Positions 1-12,254 of a stretch of 64,000 nt of DNA are shown here, in pieces; positions within the stretch are counted from its first letter, which is position 1; each line of letters starts with the position of its first letter. Under the pieces are notes generated by a model. The model had not been told where the DNA came from, ran no database searches, and saw only the letters and a program-made list of their open reading frames with translations. The translations under genes were made by a program, and so were the position numbers. Source of the DNA: the human T2T-CHM13v2.0 reference genome, Homo sapiens; assembly GCA_009914755.4 (NCBI GenBank), contig CP086569.2, forward strand, positions 10,816,001 through 10,880,000. The letters run 5' to 3'.

Positions 1-513
1 TACACAATAGGCAGAAAAGTGCTCCAAATATCCACTTGAAGATTCTACAAAAACCGTGTTTCAAAACTGCCGAATCAAAAGAAAGGTTCAACTCTGTGAG
101 ATGAATGCACACATAACAAAGGAGTTTCTCAGAATGCTTCTGTGTAGCTTTTATATGAAGACATTTAGTTTTCCACAACAGGCCTCAAAGCTCTCTCCAT
201 ATCCACTTGCAGATTCTACCGAAAGAGTGCTTCCAAACTGCTCAATCAAAAGAGACATTCAAATCTGTGAGGTGAATGCAGACATCGTAAAGAAGTTTCT
301 CAGAATGCTTCTGTGTATTTTTTGTGTGAAGTTATTCGTTTTTGCACCATAGGCCTCCAAGCGTTCTAAATATCCACTTCTAGATTCTACAAAAAGAGAG
401 TTTCAAAACTACTCAAACAAAAGGTTCAATTCTGTGAGTTGAAAGCAAACATCACAAAGAAGTTTCTCAGAATGCGTCTGTGTAGTTTTTATGTGAAGAT
501 ATTTCCTTTTCAC

Positions 514-685
514 AGTAGAATGCAAAGGGCTCCAAATATCCACTTGGAGATTCTACAAAAAGAGTTTCAAAACCGCTCTGTCAAATGATAGGTTGAACTC
601 CCGGAGGTGAATACACACATCACAAAGAGGTTTCTCAGCATGCTTCTGTGTAGTTTTTATGTAAACATATTTCCGTTTCTATCAT
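514..685. other. Exact match to the Y-alphoid sexing-PCR primer pair (Y22 forward, Y11 reverse complement), giving a 172-bp amplicon; once per HOR copy
   Basis: 514-533 reads agtagaatgcaaagggctcc. 666-685 reads catatttccgtttctatcat, which is the reverse complement of atgatagaaacggaaatatg. I recall both primers from memory as the Y-specific alphoid primers that give a ~170-bp product. The same pair recurs at +6127 and then at +5784/5785. Copy 9 has a G>A change at 47477 and copy 6 a T>C change at 30278 inside the primer sites. Confidence 0.75.
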
Positions 686-2708
686 AGGCCTCAAAGTGCT
701 CCAAATATTCACTTGTACATTCTACCAAACGAGTATTTCAAAACTGCTCAATCAAATGGAAGGTTCAAAACTGTGACATGAATGCCCACATCACAAAGTA
801 GTTTCTCAGAATGCTTCTGTGTAGTTTTTATGTGAAGATATTTCCTTTTCCACAACAGCGTGCAAAACGCTTCAAATATGCCCTTAGAGATTCCACAAAA
901 AGAGTGTTTCCAAACTACTCAAATCAAAAAATGATTTCAACTCTGTGAGATGAATGCACACATCACAAACTAGTTTCTCAGAATGTTTCTGCCTGGTTCT
1001 CATGCGAAGATAGTTCCTTTTTCACCATAGGCCGCAATGTACTCCAAATATCCACCTGCAGATTCTACAAAAGTGAGTTTCAAAACTGCTCTATCAAAAG
1101 ATCAGTTCGTCTCTGTGAGTTGAATGCATACATCAAAAAGAAGCTTCTCAAAATGCTTCTGTGTGGTTTTTCGGTGAAGATAGTTCTTTTTCTACCATAG
1201 GTCTCAAACCACTCCAAATATCCACTTGTAGATTCTATAAAAAGGAATGTTCAAAATTGCTCAATAAAAATAAAGTTTCAACACCGTGAGATGAGTGCAC
1301 AAATCACAAAGAAGTTTCTCAAAATGCTTCTGGGTAGTTTTTCTGTGAAGATAGTTCCTTTTCTACCATGGGCCACAAAGGGCTCCAAATACCCACTTGC
1401 AGATTCTACAAAAAGAGAGTTTCACAACTGCTCTATCAAACAATATGTTCAACTTTGTGGGTTGAACACAAATATCACAAGAATTTTCTCCCAATGCTTC
1501 TGTGTAGTTTTTATGTGAAGACATTTCTTTTCCCTCCATAGTCCACAAAGTGCTCCAAATATCCACTTACATATTCTAGAAAAAGATTGCTTGGAAACTG
1601 CACAATGAAAAGAAAGGTCCAAATATATGAGATGAATGCACACATCACAAAGAAGTTTCTCAGAATCTCTCTGTGTAATTTTTATGTGAAGATATTTCCT
1701 TTCCCACCTTAGGTCTTAAAACGCTCCAAATATCCACTTGCAGATACTACAAGAAGATTGTTTCAAAACTGCACAAAAAAAGAAATGTTCAATTCTGTTT
1801 GATGAATGCACACATCACAAAGAAGTTTCTCAGAATGCTTCTCTGTAGTTTTTATGTGAAGATATTTCCTTTTCCACAATAGGCCTCAAAGGGCTCCAAA
1901 TATCCACTTCCAGATTCTATGAAAAGAATATTTCCAAACTGCTCAATCATAGGAAATGTTCAACTCTGTGAGATGAATGCACACATCACAAGAAATTTCT
2001 CAGAATCCTTCAGTGTAGGTTTTATGAGAAGATAATTCCTTTTCCACAATAGTTCTCAAAGCACTCAAAATATCCACTTGCAGATTCTACAAAAGGAGTA
2101 TTTCAAAACTGCTCAATCAAAAGAAAGGTTCAACTCTGTGGGATGAATGGACACATCACAAAGAAGTTTCTCAGAATGCTTCTGTGTAGTATTTTTGTGA
2201 AGATATTTCTTTTCCACCATAGACCGCCAGGGGACACAAATATCCACTTTCAGATTCTACAACAAGAGAGGTTCAAAACTACTCGATCAAGAGATGGTTT
2301 CAACTATGTGAGTTGAATGCACACATCACAAAGAACTATGTCGGAATTCTTCTGTGTAGTTTTTATGTGAAGATATTTCCTTTTCCACAATAGACGTCAA
2401 AGTGATCCAGATATCCACTTGCAGATTCCACAAAAAGAGTGTTTCAAAAGTGCACAACCAAAAGAAAGGTTCAACTAGGTGAGATGAATGCACACATCAG
2501 AAGGAAGTTTCTCAGAATGCTTCTGCATAGCTTTTAAGGGAAGATACTTCCTTTTCCAACATAGGCCTCAAAGCACTCCAAATATCCTCCTGGAGATACC
2601 ACAAAAAGAGTGTTTGCAAACTGCTCAATCAAAAGAAAGATTTAACTCTGTGAGATGAATCCACACATGACAAAGAAGTTTCTCAGAATGCTTCTGTGTA
2701 GTTTTTAA

Positions 2709-3050
2709 TTGAAGATATTTCTTTTTCCACAATAGGCCTCAAAGCGCTCAAAATATCCACTTTCACATTCTACAAAAAGAGTGTTTCAAAACTGCACAAT
2801 CAAAAGATAGTTCAACTCTGTGAGTTGAATGCGCACAACAAAAAGATGTTTCTCAGAATTATTTCTGTGTAGTTTTTATGTGAAGATATTTCCTTTTCCA
2901 CAATGGGCCTCAAAGTGCTCCAAATATCCACTTGCAGATTCTACAAAAAGAGTTTTCCAAAACTGCTCCATCAAAAGAAAGCTTCACCTCTGTGAGATGA
3001 ATGCACATACCACAAAGAAGTGTCTCAGAATGCTTCTGTGTAGTTTTTAT
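2709..3050 (-). repeat. Two-monomer (~342 bp) segment present only in the 36-mer form (copy 1)
   Basis: Alignment by eye of copy 1 (2631-3110) against copy 3 (14881-15010). The short form joins ...tgtgtagttttta directly to tgtgaagatatttccttttccacaataagaccc and skips about 342 bp. Confidence 0.85.
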
Positions 3051-4059
3051 ATGAAGATATTTCCTTTTCCACAATAAGACCCAAAAGGCTCCAAATATTC
3101 ACTTGCAGATTCTAAAAAAAACAGTGTTTCAAAACTGCTCAATCAAAAGATAGTTCAACTCTGTGAGAAGAATGCTCACATCACTGAGAAGTTTCTCAGA
3201 ATGCTTCTGTGTAGTTTTTATATGAAGATATTTCCTTTCCCACCGTAGGCCACAAAAGGCTCCAAATATCCACTTGCAGATACTATGAAAAGAGAGTTTC
3301 AAAACTGCTCATTCAAAAGATAGGTTCAACTCTGTGGTTTGAATGCACACAGCACAAAGAAGTTTCACAGAATGTGTCTGTGTAGTTTTTATGTGCGGAT
3401 GTTTCCTTTTCCACCATATGCCTAAATATTTCCCAATTTCCACTTGCAGATTCCACAAGAAGAGTGTTTCAAAACTGCTGTATCAAATAAAGTTGAACTC
3501 TGTGAGGTGAATGCACACAGCACAAAATGGTTTCTCAGAATGCTTCCTTGTTGTTTTTATATGAAGATGTTTCCTTTTCAACAATAGGCCTCAAAGTGCT
3601 TCAAATGTCCACTTGCAGATTCTACAAAAAGAGTGTTTCAAAACTGCTCAATCAAAAGAAAGGTTCGACTCTGGGAAATTAATGCACACATCACAAAGAA
3701 GTTTCTCAGCTTCTGTGTAGTTTTCATGTGAAGTTATTTCCTTTTCCACAATAGGCCGCAAAGGGCTCCAAATATCAACTTACAGATTCTAGGAAAAGAG
3801 AGTTTCAAAACTGCTCTACGAAAAGATAGGTTGAACTCTGTGAGATGAATGCACACATCACAAAGAAGTTTCTCAGAATGCATCTGTGTAGTTTTTACGG
3901 GAAGATATTTTCTTTTCCACCATCTTCCACAAAGGTCTCCAAGTAACCACTTGCAGACTCTACAGAAAGACACTTTAAAAACTGCTCTATCAAAAGATCA
4001 GTTCAAGTCTGTGGTTTGAATGCACACATCACAAAGAATTTTCTCAGAATGCTTCTGTG

Positions 4060-5079
4060 TAGTTTTCATATGAAGATATTTCCTTTTCCACCATAGGCCT
4101 CAAAGCACTCCAAATATCCACTTGCAGATTCTACAAAAAGAGATTTTCAAAACTAGTCAATCAAAAGAAAGGTTCAACTCTGTCAGTTGAATGCACATAT
4201 CACAAACAAGTTTCTCGGAATGCGTCTGTGTAGTTTTTATGTGAAGATATTTCCTTCTCCACAACAGGCCTCAAAGTGCTCCGAATATCCACTTGCAGAT
4301 TTTACTAAAGAGTGTTTCCAAACTGCTCAATCAAGAGGAAGTTTCAAGTCTGTGAGCTGAACGCACACATCACAAAGTAGTTTCTGAGAATGCTTCTGTG
4401 TAGTTTTTATGTGAAGATGTTTCCTTTTCCACCATAGGCTGCAAAGGGCTCCAAATATCCACTTGCAGATTCTACAAAAAGAGAGTCTCAAAAGTGCTCT
4501 ATCAAAAGATAGGTTCAACTATGTGATATGAATGCACACATCACAAAGTAGTTTCTCAGAATGCTTCTGTGTAGTTTTTATGTAAAGATATTTCCTTTTC
4601 CACCATAGGCCTCAAAGCACTCCAAATATCCACTTGCAGATTCTACAAAAAGAGATGTTCAAAACTATTTAATCAAAAGAAAGGTTCAAATCTGTCAGTT
4701 GAAGGTACATATCACAAACAAGTTTATTGGAATGCTTCTGTGTAGTTTTTATGTGAAGATATTTCCTTTTCCACAACAGGCCTCAAGGTGCTCCAAATAT
4801 CCACTTGCAGATTTCACTAAAAGTGTGTTTCCAAGCTGCTCAATCAAGAGGAAGTTTCAAGTCTGTGAGGTGAATGCACACATTACAAAGTAGTTACTGA
4901 GAATGCTTCTGTGTAGTTTTTATGTGAAGATATTTCCTTTTCCACCGCAGGCCTCAAAGCGCTGCAAATATCCACTTGCAGATTCTATAAAAAGAGAGTT
5001 TCAAAACTGCTGTATCAAAAGATAGGGTCAACTCTGCGAGTTGAATAAACACATCACAAATAAGTTTCTGGGAACGCTT
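4060..5079 (-). repeat. Ancient internal tandem duplication of a three-monomer block (~510 bp x2) inside the HOR (shown for copy 1; recurs in every copy)
   Basis: Monomer triplets at about 4060-4569 and about 4570-5079 share distinctive strings in the same order (ctgtcagttgaa...cacatatcacaaacaagttt; ccacaacaggcctcaa...caatcaagaggaagtttcaagtctgtgag; ...caaagtagtt). By eye they are roughly 90% identical to each other, which is much closer than other monomer pairs within the HOR. Confidence 0.7.
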
Positions 5080-6127
5080 CTGTATAGTTTTATGTGAATA
5101 TATTTCCTTTTCCACCATATGCCTCAAAGCACTCCAAATATCCACTTGCACATTATAGAAACATAGTCTTTCAAAACTTGTCAATCAAAGAAAGGTTCAA
5201 CTCCGTGAGATGAGTGCACACATCACAGAGAAGTTTCTCGGAATGTTTCTGTGTAGTTTTTATGTGAAGATATTGCCTTTTCCACAATAGGCCTCAAAGC
5301 GTTCCAAATATCCAATTGCAGATTCCACAAAAAAAGTTTTTTAAAACTGCTCAATCAAATGATAGATTAAACTCTGTGAGATTAGTGCACACATGTCAAA
5401 AAAGTTTCTCAGAATGCTTCTGTGTACTTTTTAGGGGAAGATATTTCCTTTTCCACCATCGGCCACAAAGGACTCCAAATAACCACATGCAGATTCTAGT
5501 AACACAGAGTTTCAAAACTGCTCTATCAAAAGATAAGTTCAACTCTGAGAGTTTAGTGCAACCATCGTGAAGAAGTTTCTCAGAATGCTTCTGAGTAGTG
5601 TTTATGTGAAGATATTTCCTTTTCCACCATAGGCCTGAAAGCCCTCCAAATATCCACTTGCAGATCCTACAAAAAGAAAGTTTCGAAATGCTCTCTCAAA
5701 CGATAGTTTCGACTCTGTGGTATGAATACACACATCACAAAGAAGTTTCTCAGAATGCTTCTGTGTAGTTTTTAAATGAAGATATTTCTTTTTCCACCAT
5801 AGGCCTCAAAGCACTCCAAATATGCACTTCCAGATTCTACAAAAAGAGTGTTTCAGAACTGCTCAATCAAAAGGAAGGTTCCAGTCTGAGACAAATACAC
5901 ACATCAAAAGGTAGTTTCTCAGAATGCTTCTGTGTAGTTTTTATGTGAAGATATTTTCCTTTCCACCATAGGCCACAAATGGCTCTAAATACCCACTTAC
6001 ATTTTCCACAAAAAGAGAGTTTCAAAACTGCTCTACCAAAGGTAAGTTTAACGCTGTGAGTTAAGAACATCACAAAGAAGTTTCTCAGAATGCTTCTGTG
6101 TAGTTCTTACGTAAAGATATTTCCTTT

Positions 6128-9100
6128 TACACAATAGGCAGAAAAGTGCTCCAAATATCCACTTGAAGATTCTACAAAAACCGTGTTTCAAAACTGCCGA
6201 ATCAAAAGAAAGGTTCAACTCTGTGAGATGAATGCACACATAACAAAGGAGTTTCTCAGAATGCTTCTGTGTAGCTTTTATATGAAGACATTTAGTTTTC
6301 CACAACAGGCCTCAAAGCTCTCTCCATATCCACTTGCAGATTCTACCGAAAGAGTGCTTCCAAACTGCTCAATCAAAAGAGACATTCAAATCTGTGAGGT
6401 GAATGCAGACATCGTAAAGAAGTTTCTCAGAATGCTTCTGTGTATTTTTTGTGTGAAGTTATTCGTTTTTGCACCATAGGCCTCCAAGCGTTCTAAATAT
6501 CCACTTCTAGATTCTACAAAAAGAGAGTTTCAAAACTACTCAAACAAAAGGTTCAATTCTGTGAGTTGAAAGCAAACATCACAAAGAAGTTTCTCAGAAT
6601 GCGTCTGTGTAGTTTTTATGTGAAGATATTTCCTTTTCACAGTAGAATGCAAAGGGCTCCAAATATCCACTTGGAGATTCTACAAAAAGAGTTTCAAAAC
6701 CGCTCTGTCAAATGATAGGTTGAACTCCCGGAGGTGAATACACACATCACAAAGAGGTTTCTCAGCATGCTTCTGTGTAGTTTTTATGTAAACATATTTC
6801 CGTTTCTATCATAGGCCTCAAAGTGCTCCAAATATTCACTTGTACATTCTACCAAACGAGTATTTCAAAACTGCTCAATCAAATGGAAGGTTCAAAACTG
6901 TGACATGAATGCCCACATCACAAAGTAGTTTCTCAGAATGCTTCTGTGTAGTTTTTATGTGAAGATATTTCCTTTTCCACAACAGCGTGCAAAACGCTTC
7001 AAATATGCCCTTAGAGATTCCACAAAAAGAGTGTTTCCAAACTACTCAAATCAAAAAATGATTTCAACTCTGTGAGATGAATGCACACATCACAAACTAG
7101 TTTCTCAGAATGTTTCTGCCTGGTTCTCATGCGAAGATAGTTCCTTTTTCACCATAGGCCGCAATGTACTCCAAATATCCACCTGCAGATTCTACAAAAG
7201 TGAGTTTCAAAACTGCTCTATCAAAAGATCAGTTCGTCTCTGTGAGTTGAATGCATACATCAAAAAGAAGCTTCTCAAAATGCTTCTGTGTGGTTTTTCG
7301 GTGAAGATAGTTCTTTTTCTACCATAGGTCTCAAACCACTCCAAATATCCACTTGTAGATTCTATAAAAAGGAATGTTCAAAATTGCTCAATAAAAATAA
7401 AGTTTCAACACCGTGAGATGAGTGCACAAATCACAAAGAAGTTTCTCAAAATGCTTCTGGGTAGTTTTTCTGTGAAGATAGTTCCTTTTCTACCATGGGC
7501 CACAAAGGGCTCCAAATACCCACTTGCAGATTCTACAAAAAGAGAGTTTCACAACTGCTCTATCAAACAATATGTTCAACTTTGTGGGTTGAACACAAAT
7601 ATCACAAGAATTTTCTCCCAATGCTTCTGTGTAGTTTTTATGTGAAGACATTTCTTTTCCCTCCATAGTCCACAAAGTGCTCCAAATATCCACTTACATA
7701 TTCTAGAAAAAGATTGCTTGGAAACTGCACAATGAAAAGAAAGGTCCAAATATATGAGATGAATGCACACATCACAAAGAAGTTTCTCAGAATCTCTCTG
7801 TGTAATTTTTATGTGAAGATATTTCCTTTCCCACCTTAGGTCTTAAAACGCTCCAAATATCCACTTGCAGATACTACAAGAAGATTGTTTCAAAACTGCA
7901 CAAAAAAAGAAATGTTCAATTCTGTTTGATGAATGCACACATCACAAAGAAGTTTCTCAGAATGCTTCTCTGTAGTTTTTATGTGAAGATATTTCCTTTT
8001 CCACAATAGGCCTCAAAGGGCTCCAAATATCCACTTCCAGATTCTATGAAAAGAATATTTCCAAACTGCTCAATCATAGGAAATGTTCAACTCTGTGAGA
8101 TGAATGCACACATCACAAGAAATTTCTCAGAATCCTTCAGTGTAGGTTTTATGAGAAGATAATTCCTTTTCCACAATAGTTCTCAAAGCACTCAAAATAT
8201 CCACTTGCAGATTCTACAAAAGGAGTATTTCAAAACTGCTCAATCAAAAGAAAGGTTCAACTCTGTGGGATGAATGGACACATCACAAAGAAGTTTCTCA
8301 GAATGCTTCTGTGTAGTATTTTTGTGAAGATATTTCTTTTCCACCATAGACCGCCAGGGGACACAAATATCCACTTTCAGATTCTACAACAAGAGAGGTT
8401 CAAAACTACTCGATCAAGAGATGGTTTCAACTATGTGAGTTGAATGCACACATCACAAAGAACTATGTCGGAATTCTTCTGTGTAGTTTTTATGTGAAGA
8501 TATTTCCTTTTCCACAATAGACGTCAAAGTGATCCAGATATCCACTTGCAGATTCCACAAAAAGAGTGTTTCAAAAGTGCACAACCAAAAGAAAGGTTCA
8601 ACTAGGTGAGATGAATGCACACATCAGAAGGAAGTTTCTCAGAATGCTTCTGCATAGCTTTTAAGGGAAGATACTTCCTTTTCCAACATAGGCCTCAAAG
8701 CACTCCAAATATCCTCCTGGAGATACCACAAAAAGAGTGTTTGCAAACTGCTCAATCAAAAGAAAGATTTAACTCTGTGAGATGAATCCACACATGACAA
8801 AGAAGTTTCTCAGAATGCTTCTGTGTAGTTTTTAATTGAAGATATTTCTTTTTCCACAATAGGCCTCAAAGCGCTCAAAATATCCACTTTCACATTCTAC
8901 AAAAAGAGTGTTTCAAAACTGCACAATCAAAAGATAGTTCAACTCTGTGAGTTGAATGCGCACAACAAAAAGATGTTTCTCAGAATTATTTCTGTGTAGT
9001 TTTTATGTGAAGATATTTCCTTTTCCACAATGGGCCTCAAAGTGCTCCAAATATCCACTTGCAGATTCTACAAAAAGAGTTTTCCAAAACTGCTCCATCA

Positions 9101-12100
9101 AAAGAAAGCTTCACCTCTGTGAGATGAATGCACATACCACAAAGAAGTGTCTCAGAATGCTTCTGTGTAGTTTTTATATGAAGATATTTCCTTTTCCACA
9201 ATAAGACCCAAAAGGCTCCAAATATTCACTTGCAGATTCTAAAAAAAACAGTGTTTCAAAACTGCTCAATCAAAAGATAGTTCAACTCTGTGAGAAGAAT
9301 GCTCACATCACTGAGAAGTTTCTCAGAATGCTTCTGTGTAGTTTTTATATGAAGATATTTCCTTTCCCACCGTAGGCCACAAAAGGCTCCAAATATCCAC
9401 TTGCAGATACTATGAAAAGAGAGTTTCAAAACTGCTCATTCAAAAGATAGGTTCAACTCTGTGGTTTGAATGCACACAGCACAAAGAAGTTTCACAGAAT
9501 GTGTCTGTGTAGTTTTTATGTGCGGATGTTTCCTTTTCCACCATATGCCTAAATATTTCCCAATTTCCACTTGCAGATTCCACAAGAAGAGTGTTTCAAA
9601 ACTGCTGTATCAAATAAAGTTGAACTCTGTGAGGTGAATGCACACAGCACAAAATGGTTTCTCAGAATGCTTCCTTGTTGTTTTTATATGAAGATGTTTC
9701 CTTTTCAACAATAGGCCTCAAAGTGCTTCAAATGTCCACTTGCAGATTCTACAAAAAGAGTGTTTCAAAACTGCTCAATCAAAAGAAAGGTTCGACTCTG
9801 GGAAATTAATGCACACATCACAAAGAAGTTTCTCAGCTTCTGTGTAGTTTTCATGTGAAGTTATTTCCTTTTCCACAATAGGCCGCAAAGGGCTCCAAAT
9901 ATCAACTTACAGATTCTAGGAAAAGAGAGTTTCAAAACTGCTCTACGAAAAGATAGGTTGAACTCTGTGAGATGAATGCACACATCACAAAGAAGTTTCT
10001 CAGAATGCATCTGTGTAGTTTTTACGGGAAGATATTTCCTTTTCCACCATCTTCCACAAAGGTCTCCAAGTAACCACTTGCAGACTCTACAGAAAGACAC
10101 TTTAAAAACTGCTCTATCAAAAGATCAGTTCAAGTCTGTGGTTTGAATGCACACATCACAAAGAATTTTCTCAGAATGCTTCTGTGTAGTTTTCATATGA
10201 AGATATTTCCTTTTCCACCATAGGCCTCAAAGCACTCCAAATATCCACTTGCAGATTCTACAAAAAGAGATTTTCAAAACTAGTCAATCAAAAGAAAGGT
10301 TCAACTCTGTCAGTTGAATGCACATATCACAAACAAGTTTCTCGGAATGCGTCTGTGTAGTTTTTATGTGAAGATATTTCCTTCTCCACAACAGGCCTCA
10401 AAGTGCTCCGAATATCCACTTGCAGATTTTACTAAAGAGTGTTTCCAAACTGCTCAATCAAGAGGAAGTTTCAAGTCTGTGAGCTGAACGCACACATCAC
10501 AAAGTAGTTTCTGAGAATGCTTCTGTGTAGTTTTTATGTGAAGATGTTTCCTTTTCCACCATAGGCTGCAAAGGGCTCCAAATATCCACTTGCAGATTCT
10601 ACAAAAAGAGAGTCTCAAAAGTGCTCTATCAAAAGATAGGTTCAACTATGTGATATGAATGCACACATCACAAAGTAGTTTCTCAGAATGCTTCTGTGTA
10701 GTTTTTATGTAAAGATATTTCCTTTTCCACCATAGGCCTCAAAGCACTCCAAATATCCACTTGCAGATTCTACAAAAAGAGATGTTCAAAACTATTTAAT
10801 CAAAAGAAAGGTTCAAATCTGTCAGTTGAAGGTACATATCACAAACAAGTTTATTGGAATGCTTCTGTGTAGTTTTTATGTGAAGATATTTCCTTTTCCA
10901 CAACAGGCCTCAAGGTGCTCCAAATATCCACTTGCAGATTTCACTAAAAGTGTGTTTCCAAGCTGCTCAATCAAGAGGAAGTTTCAAGTCTGTGAGGTGA
11001 ATGCACACATTACAAAGAAGTTACTGAGAATGCTTCTGTGTAGTTTTTATGTGAAGATATTTCCTTTTCCACCGCAGGCCTCAAAGCGCTGCAAATATCC
11101 ACTTGCAGATTCTACAAAAAGAGAGTTTCAAAACTGCTGTATCAAAAGATAGGGTCAACTCTGCGAGTTGAATAAACACATCACAAATAAGTTTCTGGGA
11201 ACGCTTCTGTATAGTTTTATGTGAATATATTTCCTTTTCCACCATATGCCTCAAAGCACTCCAAATATCCACTTGCACATTATAGAAACATAGTCTTTCA
11301 AAACTTGTCAATCAAAGAAAGGTTCAACTCCGTGAGATGAGTGCACACATCACAGAGAAGTTTCTCGGAATGTTTCTGTGTAGTTTTTATGTGAAGATAT
11401 TGCCTTTTCCACAATAGGCCTCAAAGCGTTCCAAATATCCAATTGCAGATTCCACAAAAAAAGTTTTTTAAAACTGCTCAATCAAATGATAGATTAAACT
11501 CTGTGAGATTAGTGCACACATGTCAAAAAAGTTTCTCAGAATGCTTCTGTGTACTTTTTAGGGGAAGATATTTCCTTTTCCACCATCGGCCACAAAGGAC
11601 TCCAAATAACCACATGCAGATTCTAGTAACACAGAGTTTCAAAACTGCTCTATCAAAAGATAAGTTCAACTCTGAGAGTTTAGTGCAACCATCGTGAAGA
11701 AGTTTCTCAGAATGCTTCTGAGTAGTGTTTATGTGAAGATATTTCCTTTTCCACCATAGGCCTGAAAGCCCTCCAAATATCCACTTGCAGATCCTACAAA
11801 AAGAGAGTTTCGAAATGCTCTCTCAAACGATAGTTTCGACTCTGTGGTATGAATACACACATCACAAAGAAGTTTCTCAGAATGCTTCTGTGTAGTTTTT
11901 AAATGAAGATATTTCTTTTTCCACCATAGGCCTCAAAGCACTCCAAATATGCACTTCCAGATTCTACAAAAAGAGTGTTTCAGAACTGCTCAATCAAAAG
12001 GAAGGTTCCAGTCTGAGACAAATACACACATCAAAAGGTAGTTTCTCAGAATGCTTCTGTGTAGTTTTTATGTGAAGATATTTTCCTTTCCACCATAGGC

Positions 12101-12254
12101 CACAAATGGCTCTAAATACCCACTTACATTTTCCACAAAAAGAGAGTTTCAAAACTGCTCTACCAAAGGTAAGTTTAACGCTGTGAGTTAAGAACATCAC
12201 AAAGAAGTTTCTCAGAATGCTTCTGTGTAGTTCTTACGTAAAGATATTTCCTTT
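6128..12254 (-). repeat. HOR copy 2, long form (36 monomers, 6127 bp)
   Basis: Offset 6127 to the next copy (ORF 6183 to 12310). It contains the two-monomer segment at about 8836-9177. It differs from copy 1 at only a few SNVs, e.g. 4891 T vs 11018 A and 4988 T vs 11115 C. Confidence 0.9.
8836..9177 (-). repeat. Two-monomer segment specific to the 36-mer form (copy 2)
   Basis: Same sequence as 2709-3050 shifted by 6127 bp. Confidence 0.85.

Larger units (their letters stand above)
1..6127 (-). repeat. HOR copy 1, long form (36 monomers, 6127 bp; phase set arbitrarily at window start)
   Basis: The ORF at 56-352 recurs at 6183-6479, an offset of 6127. The copy contains the two-monomer segment at about 2709-3050 that is absent from copies 3-10. 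Confidence 0.9.

Noticed and set aside
333-349. CpG-containing strings at the CENP-B-box-homologous position (ttattcgtttttgcacc at about 333-349; ttccgtttctatcat at about 671-685) as possible CENP-B boxes
   Set aside because: Neither has the essential core on this strand (CCCG...T....CGAA). They are degenerate relics. The site carries the pJalpha-type motif instead.
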